A stretch of 62,140 bases of DNA, filler included, from Nemertoderma westbladi (lineage: Eukaryota; Animalia; Xenacoelomorpha), in assembly GCA_032718475.1 (NCBI GenBank). It is 3 parts of 3 records of this genome, joined end to end, with 100 filler letters (N's around TTAATTAATTAA, not from the genome) between each part and the next. Parts side by side here need not be neighbours in the genome. Positions count along the whole stretch, not along the records: positions 18,054 to 46,611 come from JAUCBJ010008824.1; 2 more parts are not named here. One strand, written 5' to 3'. This document shows positions 24,025-35,800 of this stretch, piece after piece. Made by a program: the position numbers and the translations under genes. Within the stretch, counting starts at the first letter, position 1, and each line of letters starts with the position of its first letter. Below the pieces are notes generated by a model. It did no database searches, was not told the origin of the DNA, and saw only the letters and a program-made list of their open reading frames with translations.

Positions 24025-24992
24025 GAACTGGAGAAAACTCATGAGTTTTGGGACGGCCAATTCCACTTGGTGGGACTATTTTTAATGGATGTGTCTGACT
24101 TGGGGATAACTCATTGGAGTTCTTGCAAGTCTATTCGGCCTCTGGGTGGATCTTTTTTAAGAAGAATTAGTTGACTTGGTGAAAACTCATATATGATTAT
24201 GAGTTTATGAGCCATCGTCTGGACTTGGTAGAGATTATATTTTTCTGCTATTCCTCCTTGGTGAGAGTTTTTCTTATATTTATAAAGTTTAAAAAAAATT
24301 ATGTAAATTCCAGAATTGAATGTAAAATTAAATTATATGCAAATCCAGAAATTTCTTAGATTTTTTAAATAATAATAATGTGATGAATGTAAATTATACA
24401 TAATATAATGTATCTTTGACGCTTAATAGATCCGATAAAAATAGATCAAATAACTCCTTGTCACTAGTTTCAGAAGTCCGAAATTAAGATATTTTGCCAT
24501 CGTGTATTGAGTTTTGCACTCGTTGGGATTTTAGCAATAGCTTCGCTCGAACTTTAAACCTGCCAAATCTTCCAGTCCGGGAGCACAATTGTATTTCTGT
24601 GCATTTAAAATGTTGACAAAAACTGGATCGTAACAGTCTTTTTTTTTATCGATTAATATTAATTATTTTAAAATAACTCCGGCGAATTAGTTAAACATTA
24701 ATTATCGATGGACTGCGTGATTTTCAACTTCAGAGGCCGTTATATATTTCATCTGAAAGAGGAGAAAATGACACGACTTACAGTTTGTTTCTGTGACTTA
24801 TAACAATGAAACGGCCATTAGTTTAAATTTTCCCAATTTTCCCACGCTTTACTTAGTTGAAACCAAGTCAGAACGGTTTTACTGTAACTCCTATATGAGT
24901 TTTCACCAAGTCAGAATAGATTTCATCAATAATTCCCACCAACAAGTACAACTGACAATCGCAGAACTCATATTTGAGTTTTCACCAAAGTG
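24025..24992. mobile_element. Probable MITE with inverted subterminal repeats; ends not resolved
   Basis: GACTTGGTGAAAACTCAT-like copies at about 24025-24270 and reverse-complement copies at about 24860-24990. Confidence 0.5.
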
Positions 24993-25879
24993 GAGATGGC
25001 GTTTTATTATACCTATGTCGTTACTTTGTTCGCATAATCATAAATGGGTTGGTTCTTCCTTTGATTGAACCTTTTTATTATATTTATATGAAGCCTTGGT
25101 ATATAACGCTTGGTGAAGATACAGTGTTGGAAGTTCCACCGCCAGCGCTATCTACAACATTATAACTTCATACAATGCATTTTATTGGATAAGAAAATGT
25201 GTTGCATAGAAACGGTACCAAACAGCCAAACCTACAGCTGTGTTGGAAATAGACATTCAGATGTGAACCTACAGCTACCGGTAACGCCATCACATTCATT
25301 GAACAATAATTTACAGTAGGCCTAACAACTGTATTATAACCACGGCTTACTTGACTTTAGGATTAATTCTCGGCAAGGACTGCCTAGAATTGATACTTAC
25401 TTTTAAATTATGCGCTGTTATCGGTACCGTAGTAGGCCTAGCTACTAGTTATTGGTATTGATTGACGTCATAGGAGTTTAGAAACGGCTGTTTCACTCGA
25501 ATGTCGGTCGACCACTACTGGTAATGGTACCGGTACCGGTACTAAACTACTACAAATAGAAGGCGGTTTCCTCACACAATGAATAAAAACAATAAAGTAA
25601 GTAGGCTGCTATGTACAATAATATCAACATTATTGTGTTGTACGTGTGATTCAATCCTAATTTTTCTCAATGTTATTTTGTTGTACCTGTGTTTCAATTC
25701 TAATTTTTCCCAAGATTACCTGTTTTAGTTATAATATTTGTGCAACTGCTATAGGAGAATAACTAACAGTAGGATTAGGATTACAGTAGGTAGTTTAACT
25801 TACTGACTCAAAAAATTGTTCCAATACAAATTATTGCTATTGTAATCTGTAATACAATAAATTGTCAACGATGTGTGTA

Positions 25880-26276
25880 TCTATGTTTGTTTGTCGTAGC
25901 TGTATCTCCACCTAAACGCTCCGGTGGTTTATATGTGTATCGGCCATGGAATAGGAAAGTTGCGCGTTAATGAATTAATTAATTCTCGAGATAATTAAGA
26001 ATATGTAAGATCTCTCTCGAACACACCCAGAATCAATGTGTGTAATGAACATGGAGAGACGAATAGATCGATTACATTAATTAATAGGTCAAACACCATC
26101 TTTGTTTACCCATATACCCAGGTTATGGTGTTTCAATATTATAGAGTTAAGATACAAGTCAAATACATGTTCTTAGATTTTACATTCTATGTGGTCTGAC
26201 TCAAACTTTGAGGAAAGGTCGCTTGGAATTTTCTAGGAGGGTGAGCCTGAGCGCGTAAGCGCGTCTGGGTTGCTAG
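25880..26276 (+). mobile_element. Non-autonomous Helitron-like element
   Basis: A|TC 5' end, 3' GCGC-GTAA-GCGC hairpin followed by CTAG|T, no TSD. Confidence 0.6.
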
Positions 26277-28734
26277 TAATGTATAAATATAGGATAATGT
26301 AAACTTATACAATAAAAACTTATACAGATCTAAGTGGATTGAAGTTGTCTATTTCTCGAACATACGTAGTGAGTGGATGTGCAAATTATGATACAAGGAT
26401 GAAAACACTGTCAGTCACTTTGCGAGTATGATTGTCTATATGTGCTGCAGTCGTAGCTAGTAAGTAGCATTTGTAGTTGTAGTTGATTTGTTTCTTTCCA
26501 CAATCGTAACATCACTGCATTATAAAAATAAAATGACTGGAGATTAAAACTTGCGAATATGAATCTCTTGTTGTTAGAAAAAGTGTAAAGTTTGTGGGAA
26601 ATTAATCAAATTTTATTGTGGATGTAAATATTAATAGCCCATTAACATAGAAAAACTCATGATGGGTATGATTGAAACACTTAGCCCTGATTGAATATTT
26701 ATATTCTTAAATTGTTACTGTTTCGATCGCATATTCCCCAAAATCGGGAGAAAATGACAACTTTTTTCCCCTATGGAACAAAGTAACCCATAGAATTACA
26801 TTGATTTTACTTTTTTTCCGCTGACAAAAGTAAAATAAAATATTTCTGGTGGAATTTCTTGAATTTTATTACATGTATTGAAAGAGCATCGAAGTAGAAA
26901 AGGTTTGCACGTAATTTGAGCGAAATCCATTCACTCACTCAAAAGTAATTGAAAACTTTAGTGTCTTTAAGGAAACGATCTGTAAAACGGAACTCAATTT
27001 CTAATATTGGTTTGTTGTTAAGGCCGGAAGATTTGATATCTGAAAACCGCTTAGCGAGACCTCGTATAGTTCTCGAGTTATCGTTGTTTTTCAGTATGAT
27101 GGTCTGTCCGTCATATTGTAAGAAAGACAGACAACCGACAGTCAGAGAGAAATTCCACCAAACCTTAAAACTGACATTGGAAATGAAATCAGCGACCCCG
27201 AAGTAATGATAATTTTATCTCGATGATGAGCTTTCTTCGTGCCAGAAATGATTATCCAACCAGCTCTCAGACAGCCAGTTTTTGGCATGAATGTTTAAAA
27301 TTCGAAGCAATTACATTTTAAATTTTTCAAATTCTACTCCTCAGCTATTTGTCAACTGATACAGTATTTCAAACAATATTCTTTATTTTTGGCTCATTCA
27401 AAAGGTTTCCTTTGGCAGTTCTTTAAGGGGGGACATCACCATCACACCTTGTAGTGTAATTTCTGTATCCCAAATTGCATCACATGAAACTTTTGAAGGG
27501 CTCTACACCTGGCAAAAAGGTATGGCTAATTTTAATCACAATAAACTAAATTTTATTTTCGAAAATTTTTTTTTCACCTAATTACGATAATTAGATGTTA
27601 ATTAGCCTCATTAAATTACAAACCAGTTAAAAATATAATTCACTACTGCTACTGTATTTTTCAACGAATTTCGTAAATTCCCTTACATTAGTTTGATAAT
27701 TTCATAGACTGTTATAAGAATTACCACATTGTATTTTTTCATTCTGGGTCCAAAGATATGACGTCATCAAGTCTCAATGGTTCAAATTTTCGTTTTTTGC
27801 TGACAAAAAAGCTTGTAATTGTAACTTTGTATCAACGTCAAATATCAAAATTTTGGTAAGTCATATTAAGGGGAGCAGGGAGTACTAATGTTTTACTATT
27901 TAACATTTACCCCGTTATCTTGTGATATTCTGATTGAAATTTCTCAAAATTTTGAACATATGTAGAGAAACATTAATATAACTCATTGAACTAGAATTAT
28001 TGAAAAAAATTAATAACTTCCTTAACTTTTTAATATTATTAATAATAGTTAATAATTTAGCACTATTTAGCTCAAAAGTTTATTAATAATTTAAAAAATA
28101 GTAATGCTCACATCAAAATTCTAGTTCAATGTTTGAGACATGTCATTCCACACCTTCAATCAAAATATTGAGTAATTTGGTCGAAATCTTTTGGAAATAA
28201 TGGGGCATTTGTGTACGGATATGTCATTTTGAGATAAACTCAATTGAAAACGAAATTCATAAAATTTTGATCTTTAAACTGCTATTTCTCGAGCACCAAT
28301 CGGTCTTTTTTGGAAAACTAAATAGTTTGGGATTTATCTCAGTCAGGCGAATCAACCCACATAATAAAAATTGTTAAAGTAACTATATCTGACCTGCTAT
28401 GATGGATGTAGTCCAATATTCATTTCAAAATTTTCAAATCTGAGAGGGATAAATGTGAAAAATTAAAAATAAATCTACATTGAAATTCAGCTGAGCAGCT
28501 AAGACGCTGTCATTGGCTGCACCAAATTGGAGGGAAATTCAAACTGATAGCACACTACATCTTTTTACATTTTTATAGCAATAATCTGAATAAAAGCACA
28601 GCTAGTTTGGTAGGCCTATTATCAGCTGATCATTCTGTCACAGTTAGACATTTTATCTCTGCTCTTACCTGTTTTATGCATTATTTTATGCTGCATTGGT
28701 ATATATTTTATATGTGGAGTGAAGAAACGTCGAG

Positions 28735-30480
28735 ATGACAAGACGAAAAGCGATATTTGGAAAGCGTTCCTACCATGGTAATCGATTTAGTTCGAATGTT
28801 ATTGCCAAATCTATTCCAATCCCCGTAAGTACCTGTACTACACCACCGGTTGAAAAACAAAGTACCGGTACTGTTCAAATTCCTGATAGGCCTACTAAAC
28901 CCGTAAAAGAAATATCGGCTTCAACTAAGAAACTAAACCGAAGTGGGTTGGTCGATGAAAGTTCCGGCAGGCTGGGGTTTATTGTTTTAGATTTGGATAT
29001 TTTGAATTGTGTGTTATCGGAATATACATGTTGTAAGTCTTGTGGTGGAGTTGTAGTAATTGATGAAGACACCTGTGGCAGGGGTTTATCTTCCAAATTG
29101 AAACTACATTGCGATAATTGTACCAGTCTGAAAAGGTTTTATACATCGCCATTAGTGGATAATCAATATGAAATTAATTTGCGTTTAGTGTATGGTTTGC
29201 GTTGTATTGGTGTGGGATTTGAAGGAGGTAACACTTTATGCAGCATAATGGGACTGCCACAACCTCCACAAAAATTTATTGAACACACAAAATCATTACT
29301 TGAAGCTGCTAAACCAATTGCAGAAGCCTCAATGGTAGACGCAGCTAAGGAGGTAATAAAAGAAAATGGTGGAAATACAGACATTGGCATCTCGATTGAT
29401 GGTTCATGGCAGAAACGTGGACATACATCAAAAAATGGTGTTGTTTCTATAGTTGCCATGGATACTGGGAAAGTTTTAGACATTCACTGCCTAACTAAAC
29501 ATTGCCACGGTTGTTCAATCAGGAAAGAAAGTGTTGAAGCACATAAAAATGTCTGTGTGAAAAATCATAGTGGGTCTAGTGGTGCAATGGAGGGTGTTGG
29601 TGCTAGAATACTATTTCAAAGAAGCAAGTCTAAACTAGGAATGCGATATACCAAATATTTAGGTGATGGTGATACTAACTCGTTCTCTGAAGTTGCCCAG
29701 AGTAGACCATATGGGGATAAAGTAACTATTGAAAAACTAGAATGTGTGGGCCATGTGCAAAAGAGGATGGGTTGTCGCTTGCGGAAATTGAAAGCTTCAC
29801 TGAAGGGTGTGAAACTGTCAGATGGAAGAGTGATTTCTGGTAAAAACAGACTAACAGACGCGCGGATAGATAGGCTTCAAGGTTACTATGGAAATGCTAT
29901 TCGGGCAAATGGTCACAGTGTCGATGCGATGAAAAAGGCAATCTGGGCAACGTATTTCCACTATCTCTCCACTGACAAAAACCCATCCCATGGACTTTGC
30001 CTCAAAGGTGCTGATAGTTGGTGCAAATATAACATTGCACAAATCACCCAACAAGCCTATACTCATAAAAATTCAATTCCGGAACCGATACTTTTGAAGC
30101 TGAAACCAATATATCGAGATCTCACTGAGAATAAACTCTTATCAAAGTGCCTTCATGGGAAAACTCAAAATGTAAACGAGAGTTTAAATAACTCAATTTG
30201 GACTCGGTGCCCAAAGCGAGTATTTATTGGTATACACACGCTGCAACTCGGAACATTGGATGCTGTATTGGTCTATAATGATGGAAATGAATCTCGAATA
30301 CGTGTCCTAAAGCAGCTGGGGATAGACCCAGGCAAACATACTAACTATGGCCTACTCTCCTTGGACATGAGACGTGTCCGCACTGCTAACCGCGTTGATA
30401 GGGAAGCCAGAGCAAAGAACAGGCGTAAAAGAAAAAGGAAAGAAGAAACTGATAATGAGTACATTACAGGTGGATACTAA
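28735..30480 (+). CDS. DDE transposase (DGSWQKRG family, labelled Mutator-like in Pfam), 581 aa
   Basis: N-terminal CxxC...CxxC, DGSWQKRGHTS, YLGDGD, KLECVGHVQKRMG, TQNVNESLN, C-terminal NLS (KNRRKRKRK) and YITGGY end. Confidence 0.92.
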   Translation: MTRRKAIFGKRSYHGNRFSSNVIAKSIPIPVSTCTTPPVEKQSTGTVQIPDRPTKPVKEISASTKKLNRSGLVDESSGRLGFIVLDLDILNCVLSEYTCCKSCGGVVVIDEDTCGRGLSSKLKLHCDNCTSLKRFYTSPLVDNQYEINLRLVYGLRCIGVGFEGGNTLCSIMGLPQPPQKFIEHTKSLLEAAKPIAEASMVDAAKEVIKENGGNTDIGISIDGSWQKRGHTSKNGVVSIVAMDTGKVLDIHCLTKHCHGCSIRKESVEAHKNVCVKNHSGSSGAMEGVGARILFQRSKSKLGMRYTKYLGDGDTNSFSEVAQSRPYGDKVTIEKLECVGHVQKRMGCRLRKLKASLKGVKLSDGRVISGKNRLTDARIDRLQGYYGNAIRANGHSVDAMKKAIWATYFHYLSTDKNPSHGLCLKGADSWCKYNIAQITQQAYTHKNSIPEPILLKLKPIYRDLTENKLLSKCLHGKTQNVNESLNNSIWTRCPKRVFIGIHTLQLGTLDAVLVYNDGNESRIRVLKQLGIDPGKHTNYGLLSLDMRRVRTANRVDREARAKNRRKRKRKEETDNEYITGGY

Positions 30481-30840
30481 CTTGCAAATAATATGGAAAC
30501 TAATTCTACACCTAATACAATAAATTAGTAATTAAATAATTAATAACATTATTAATTAATTAATTAATTAATTAATCACAATTAATAGTAATAAATTTGT
30601 TTTATCAATAATTTTTTTGTTCATTTTGTCATTTATATATCATTTCATTTTGTCTTATTAATAATTAATCCTATATTACTGGTACTACTAATTATAATAC
30701 TTAATTTCGTGCTAATGGTATTATTATTAATGTTAATGTTAATTAATGTTAAATATTAATTATTAATATATAATATATTAATATTATTAATAATTATAAT
30801 TAATATTATATTATATAATTAATAATATATTAATATAATA

Positions 30841-30975
30841 TTAATTAATTATTAATTAAAATAATTAATTAATTATTAATTAAAATAATTAATTAATTAT
30901 TAATTAAAATAATTAATTAATTATTAATTAAAATAATTAATTAATTATTAATTAAAATAATTAATTAATTATTAA
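30841..30975. repeat. Pure-AT 24-bp tandem repeat in the 3' region of the Kolobok-type element
   Basis: (TTAATTAATTATTAATTAAAATAA) about 5.5 times. Confidence 0.9.
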
Positions 30976-31419
30976 TGTGCAATTACGTGGCTATTCATAC
31001 ATTTAAAAAATGTTCCAGAAAAAAAAATTATTAAAGACGAATAATATTTAGGATTACATCATGTTAATTTTGTTAAATTTTTTTTCGAAAAAAAATGTCA
31101 GGAGTGCACTTCACTCAAATGTTCATAACTTTTGAATGCTCGATTGTATTTAATTAGGACTTAATTTTTTGAATAGCTAATAAAATTTTGAACTAGAAAA
31201 TTCAATAAAAAAAATTTGGTCAGAAAATTCTTTTTTCACTGCCTGCTCCCCTTAAAGCTGAAATGTTTGGCTACAATGTGCAGAAAACAGAATCAAAATC
31301 CATCCAGCGTTTCAAAAGTATATAAATGTGAAAACACTAAATTTTTTGAAAAATTGAGAAAAACGGGATTAAAGAAAAAAAACTATAAAATTACAAAAAT
31401 AAAGTTCTAGAAAGTTGTA

Positions 31420-31783
31420 TCTGTTTGTACGTTTGTTTGTACGCGTATAACTCAAGTACCACAAATTGTATGAAGCCGAAACTTCGCATGGAGACAACAA
31501 TCAACATGGTATCAAACCTGTGTGTATAATGTTAATGAAATAAATAAATAATGAAATAAAACTAATGTAGTTATAATTAAAAAGGTAATAAATTTCACTA
31601 TTTAAGAAAACGATTGGTCCTATGGGAAAATGAGTTGTAGAAACATCGACTTAGTGGAAAGGTGAAATAAAATTTTGATTTCATTAATAACTACCGGTAT
31701 TATAGTTATAATTAAAAAGGTAATACATTTCGATATTTAAGAAAACTATAAGTCTCAGGCAAAGCCCGTGGTACTGAAGCTAG
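31420..31783 (+). mobile_element. Non-autonomous Helitron-like element
   Basis: A|TC start with GTTT-rich 5' end like the element at 25880, weak 3' GGC-AAA-GCC hairpin, CTAG|T end. Confidence 0.5.
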
Positions 31784-32898
31784 TAAATTCAAAAAATTAA
31801 AATTGGTGCAGCCTTCGCGCAGCACGTCTTTTCCTAAATAAATGCCAGGATTCGCGGTTATTATGATAATTGTAAGAATTGTAATGAACTGCTTCAATAC
31901 AGCTTATGAGTGCTGCATACTGCATACAATGCTGCATAGTCTAAAATCATATGGCTATCATACATTTAGGATGTTGGTGATGACGTCTTCTCACCTATAA
32001 TTAAATTCCCATACAATATGTTGTAAAACTACGAGCTCTCATCTTTTTGCCAACATTCCGCTGATACCCGTACCTGTATCTACTGTAGGCCTACTTCTGT
32101 ACTTTGCTCCGCCCTACAGATAAGTGAAATACACAATATATTTTCCATTTGAAATATCGGCATAAGAATCGTCTTGATTGCAAATATCAGCGTGTCATTG
32201 AATTCCCTGGGACGCGCCTGACGTGACCGGCCGTGCATAATTGTAAACTTCCCTGATATACTGTAGGTCTACTCTTGGTCCTCTCATTATTGTGAAATTG
32301 TAGACATTTCAAAAAAGTGTTACGTGGGGGGGGGGGGGGGTTACATTACGTGGCTTTCTAATTACGTACTAAATATTCAAGAACAATAAATTATTTAAGA
32401 TTAAGTAAGGCAGCATCAGGAGTTGAAGTTTAAGGTAATTGGAATATCAGTAACATGGAAGCAATAGGCCTAAGTAAGTGAGATACTGCAGTTCAATTTA
32501 TTTTGTAACACGTATATCGCTCTATCAAGGAACTTAAAAAAATTCCCTTTTACAGGGGAAAAAAATTTTTTTATTTTTTTTATTTCTTTTTTTTTCCAAT
32601 ATTCTCGAGGCATTTTATTTACCTTTTTTTATTTCTTTTTTTTTTTCAATATTCTCGAGGCATTTTATTTACCGAGCGCCAGCGCGGTTACTCTAAAGGG
32701 TTGAAAGAATCGAGAACTTAAGTTGAGATTATCAGACCGTGATCGGTAGTTGCATCCTATCGATGTCTCATGATGATTACATTAACTAATTAATTATATT
32801 ATAATATAATAGTAATTAATTCATCTACAGGCTGGTTATCCGAAATATTTGGAACGTAGAAGACCAACTCTCGATCGGCCAATCAGATTCAAATGTTT

Positions 32899-35800
32899 CC
32901 TCCAGAACACCATCCTAGACGTCCTACGGGCCAGGGGGTGGCAGGACGTTAAAGAGTAAGTAAAGTACCTCCAGAACACCATCCTAGACGTCCTACGGGC
33001 CAGGGGGTGGCAGGACGTTAAAGAGTAAGTAGAACACCATCCTAGACATCCTACGGCCCAGGGGGTGGCAGGACGTTAAAGGGTAAGTAGAACACCATCC
33101 TAGACGTCCTACGGCCCAGGGGGTGGCAGGACGTTAAAGAGTAAGTAAAGTACCTCCAGAACACCATCCTAGACGTCCTACGGGCCAGGGGGTGGCAGGA
33201 CGTTAAAGAGTAAGTAGAACACCATCCTAGACGTCCTACGGCCCAGGGGGTGGCAGGACGTTAAAGAGTAAGGAAAGTACCTCCAGAACACCATCCTAGA
33301 CGTCCTACGGCCCAGGGGGTGGCAGGACGTTAAAGAGTAAGTAGAACACCATCCTAGACGTCCTACAGCCCAGGGGGTGGCAGGACGTTAAAGAGTAAGT
33401 AGAACACCATCCTAGACGTCCTACGGCCCAGGGGGTGGCAGGACGTTAAAGAGTAAGTAGAACACCATCCTAGACGTCCTACGGGTCAGGGGGTGGCAGG
33501 ACGTTAAAGAGTAAGTAAAGTACCTCCAGAACACCATCCTAGACGTCCTACGGGTCAGGGAGTGGCAGGACGTTAAAGAGTAAGTAAAGTACCTCCAGAA
33601 CACCATCCTAGACGTCCTACGGGTCAGGGGGTGGCAGGACGTTAAAGAGTAAGTAGAGTACCTCCAGAACACCATCCTAGACGTCCTACGGCCCAGGGGG
33701 TGGCAGGACGTTAAAGAGTAAGTAGAACACCATCCTAGACGTCCTACGGGGCAGGGGGTGGCAGGACGTTAAAGAGTAAGTAAAGTACCTCCAGAACACC
33801 ATCCTAGACGTCCTACGGGTCAGGGAGTGGCAGGACGTTAAAGAGTAAGTAGAGTACCTCCAGAACACCATCCTAGACGTCCTACGGCCCAGGGGGTGGC
33901 AGGACGTTAAAGAGTAAGTAGAACACCATCCTAGACGTCCTACGGCCCAGGGGGTGGCAGGACGTTAAAGAGTAAGTAAAGTACCTCCAGAACACCATCC
34001 TAGACGTCCTACGGGCCAGGGGATGGCAGGACGTTAAAGAGTAAGTAGAACACCATCCTAGACGTCCTACGGGCCAGGGGGTGGCAGGACGTTAAAGAGT
34101 AAGTAGAACACCATCCTAGACGTCCTACGGCCCAGGGGGTGGCAGGACGTTAAAGAGTAAGTAGAACACCATCCTAGACGTCCTACGGCCCAGGGGGTGG
34201 CAGGACGTTAAAGAGTAAGTAGAACACCATCCTAGACGTCCTACGGCCCAGGGGGTGGCAGGACGTTAAAGAGTAAGTAAAGTACCTCCAGAACACCATC
34301 CTAGACGTCCTACGGGCCAGGGGGTGACAGGACGTTAAAGAGTAAGTAAAGTACCTCCAGAACACCATCCTAGACGTCCTACGGGCCAGGGGATGGCAGG
34401 ACGTTAAAGAGTAAGTAGAACACCATCCTAGACGTCCTACGGGCCAGGGGGTGGCAGGACGTTAAAGAGTAAGCCTCAGAACACCATCCTAGACGTCCTA
34501 CGGCCCAGGGGGTGGCAGGACGTTAAAGAGTAAGTAGAACACCATCCTAGACGTCCTACGGCCCAGGGGGTGGCAGGACGTTAAAGAGTAAGTAAAGTAC
34601 CTCCAGAACACCATCCTAGACGTCCTACGGGCCAGGGGATGGCAGGACGTTAAAGAGTAAGTAGAACACCATCCTAGACGTCCTACGGGCCAGGGGGTGG
34701 CAGGACGTTAAAGAGTAAGTAGAACACAATCCTAGACGTCCTACGGGCCAGGGGATGGCAGGACGTTAAAGAGTAAGTAGAACACCATCCTAGTCGTCCT
34801 ACGGGACAGGGGGTGGCAGGACGTTAAAGAGTAAGTAGAACACCATCCTAGACGTCCTACGGGCCAGGGGGTGGCAGGACGTTAAAGAGTAAGTAAAGTA
34901 CCTCCAAAACACCATCCCAGACGTCCTACGGGTCAGGGGGTGGCAGGACGTTAAAGAGTAAGTAGAACACCATCCTAGACGTCCTACGGGCCAGGGGGTG
35001 GCAGGACGTTAAAGAGTAAGTAGAACACCATCCTAGACGTCCTACGGGCCAGGGGGTGGCAGGACGTTAAAGGGTAAGTAGAACACCATCCTAGACGTCC
35101 TACGGGCCAGGGGGTGGCAGGACGTTAAAGGGTAAGTAGAACACCATCCTAGACGTCCTACGGCCCAGGGGATGGCAGGACGTTAAAGAGTAAGTAAAGT
35201 ACCTCCAGAACACCATCCCAGACATCCTACGGGTCAGGGGGTGGCAGGACGTTAAAGAGTAAGTAGAAAACCATCCTAGACGTCCTACGGCCCAGGGGAT
35301 GGCAGGACGTTAAAGAGTAAGTAAAGTACCTCCAGAACACCATCCTAGACGTCCTACGGGCCAGGGGGTGGCAGGACGTTAAAGAGTAAGTAAAGTACCT
35401 CCAGAACACCATCCTAGACGGCCTAGGGGGTGGCAGGACGTTAAAGGGTAAGTAGAACACCATCCTAGACGTCCTACGGCCCAGGGGGTGGCAGGACGTT
35501 AAAGAGTAAGTAAAGTACCTTCAGAACACCATCCTAGACGTCCTACGGCCAGGGGGTGGCAGGACGTTAAAGAGTAAGTAGAACACCATTCTAGACGTCC
35601 TACGGGCCAGGGGGTGACAGGACGTTAAAGAGTAAGTAAAGTACCTCCAGAACACCATCCTAGACGTCCTACGGGCCAGGGGGTGGCAGGACGTTAAAGA
35701 GTAAGTAGAACACCATCCTAGACGTGCCACGGCCCGGGGGTGGCAGGACGTTAAAGAGTAAGTAGAACACCATCCTAGACGTCCTACGGGCCAGGGGGTG

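Larger units (their letters stand above)
27870..31251 (+). mobile_element. Full-length autonomous Kolobok-type DNA transposon (3382 bp)
   Basis: TIRs GGGGAGCAGG(G/C)AGT, TTAA TSD (27866-27869, 31252-31255), single intact transposase ORF. Confidence 0.88.

Noticed and set aside
27870-31251. piggyBac assignment (TTAA TSD), or long terminal direct repeats
   Set aside because: Termini are GG...CC rather than CC...GG, the transposase is not piggyBac-like, and no long direct repeats are seen at the ends.
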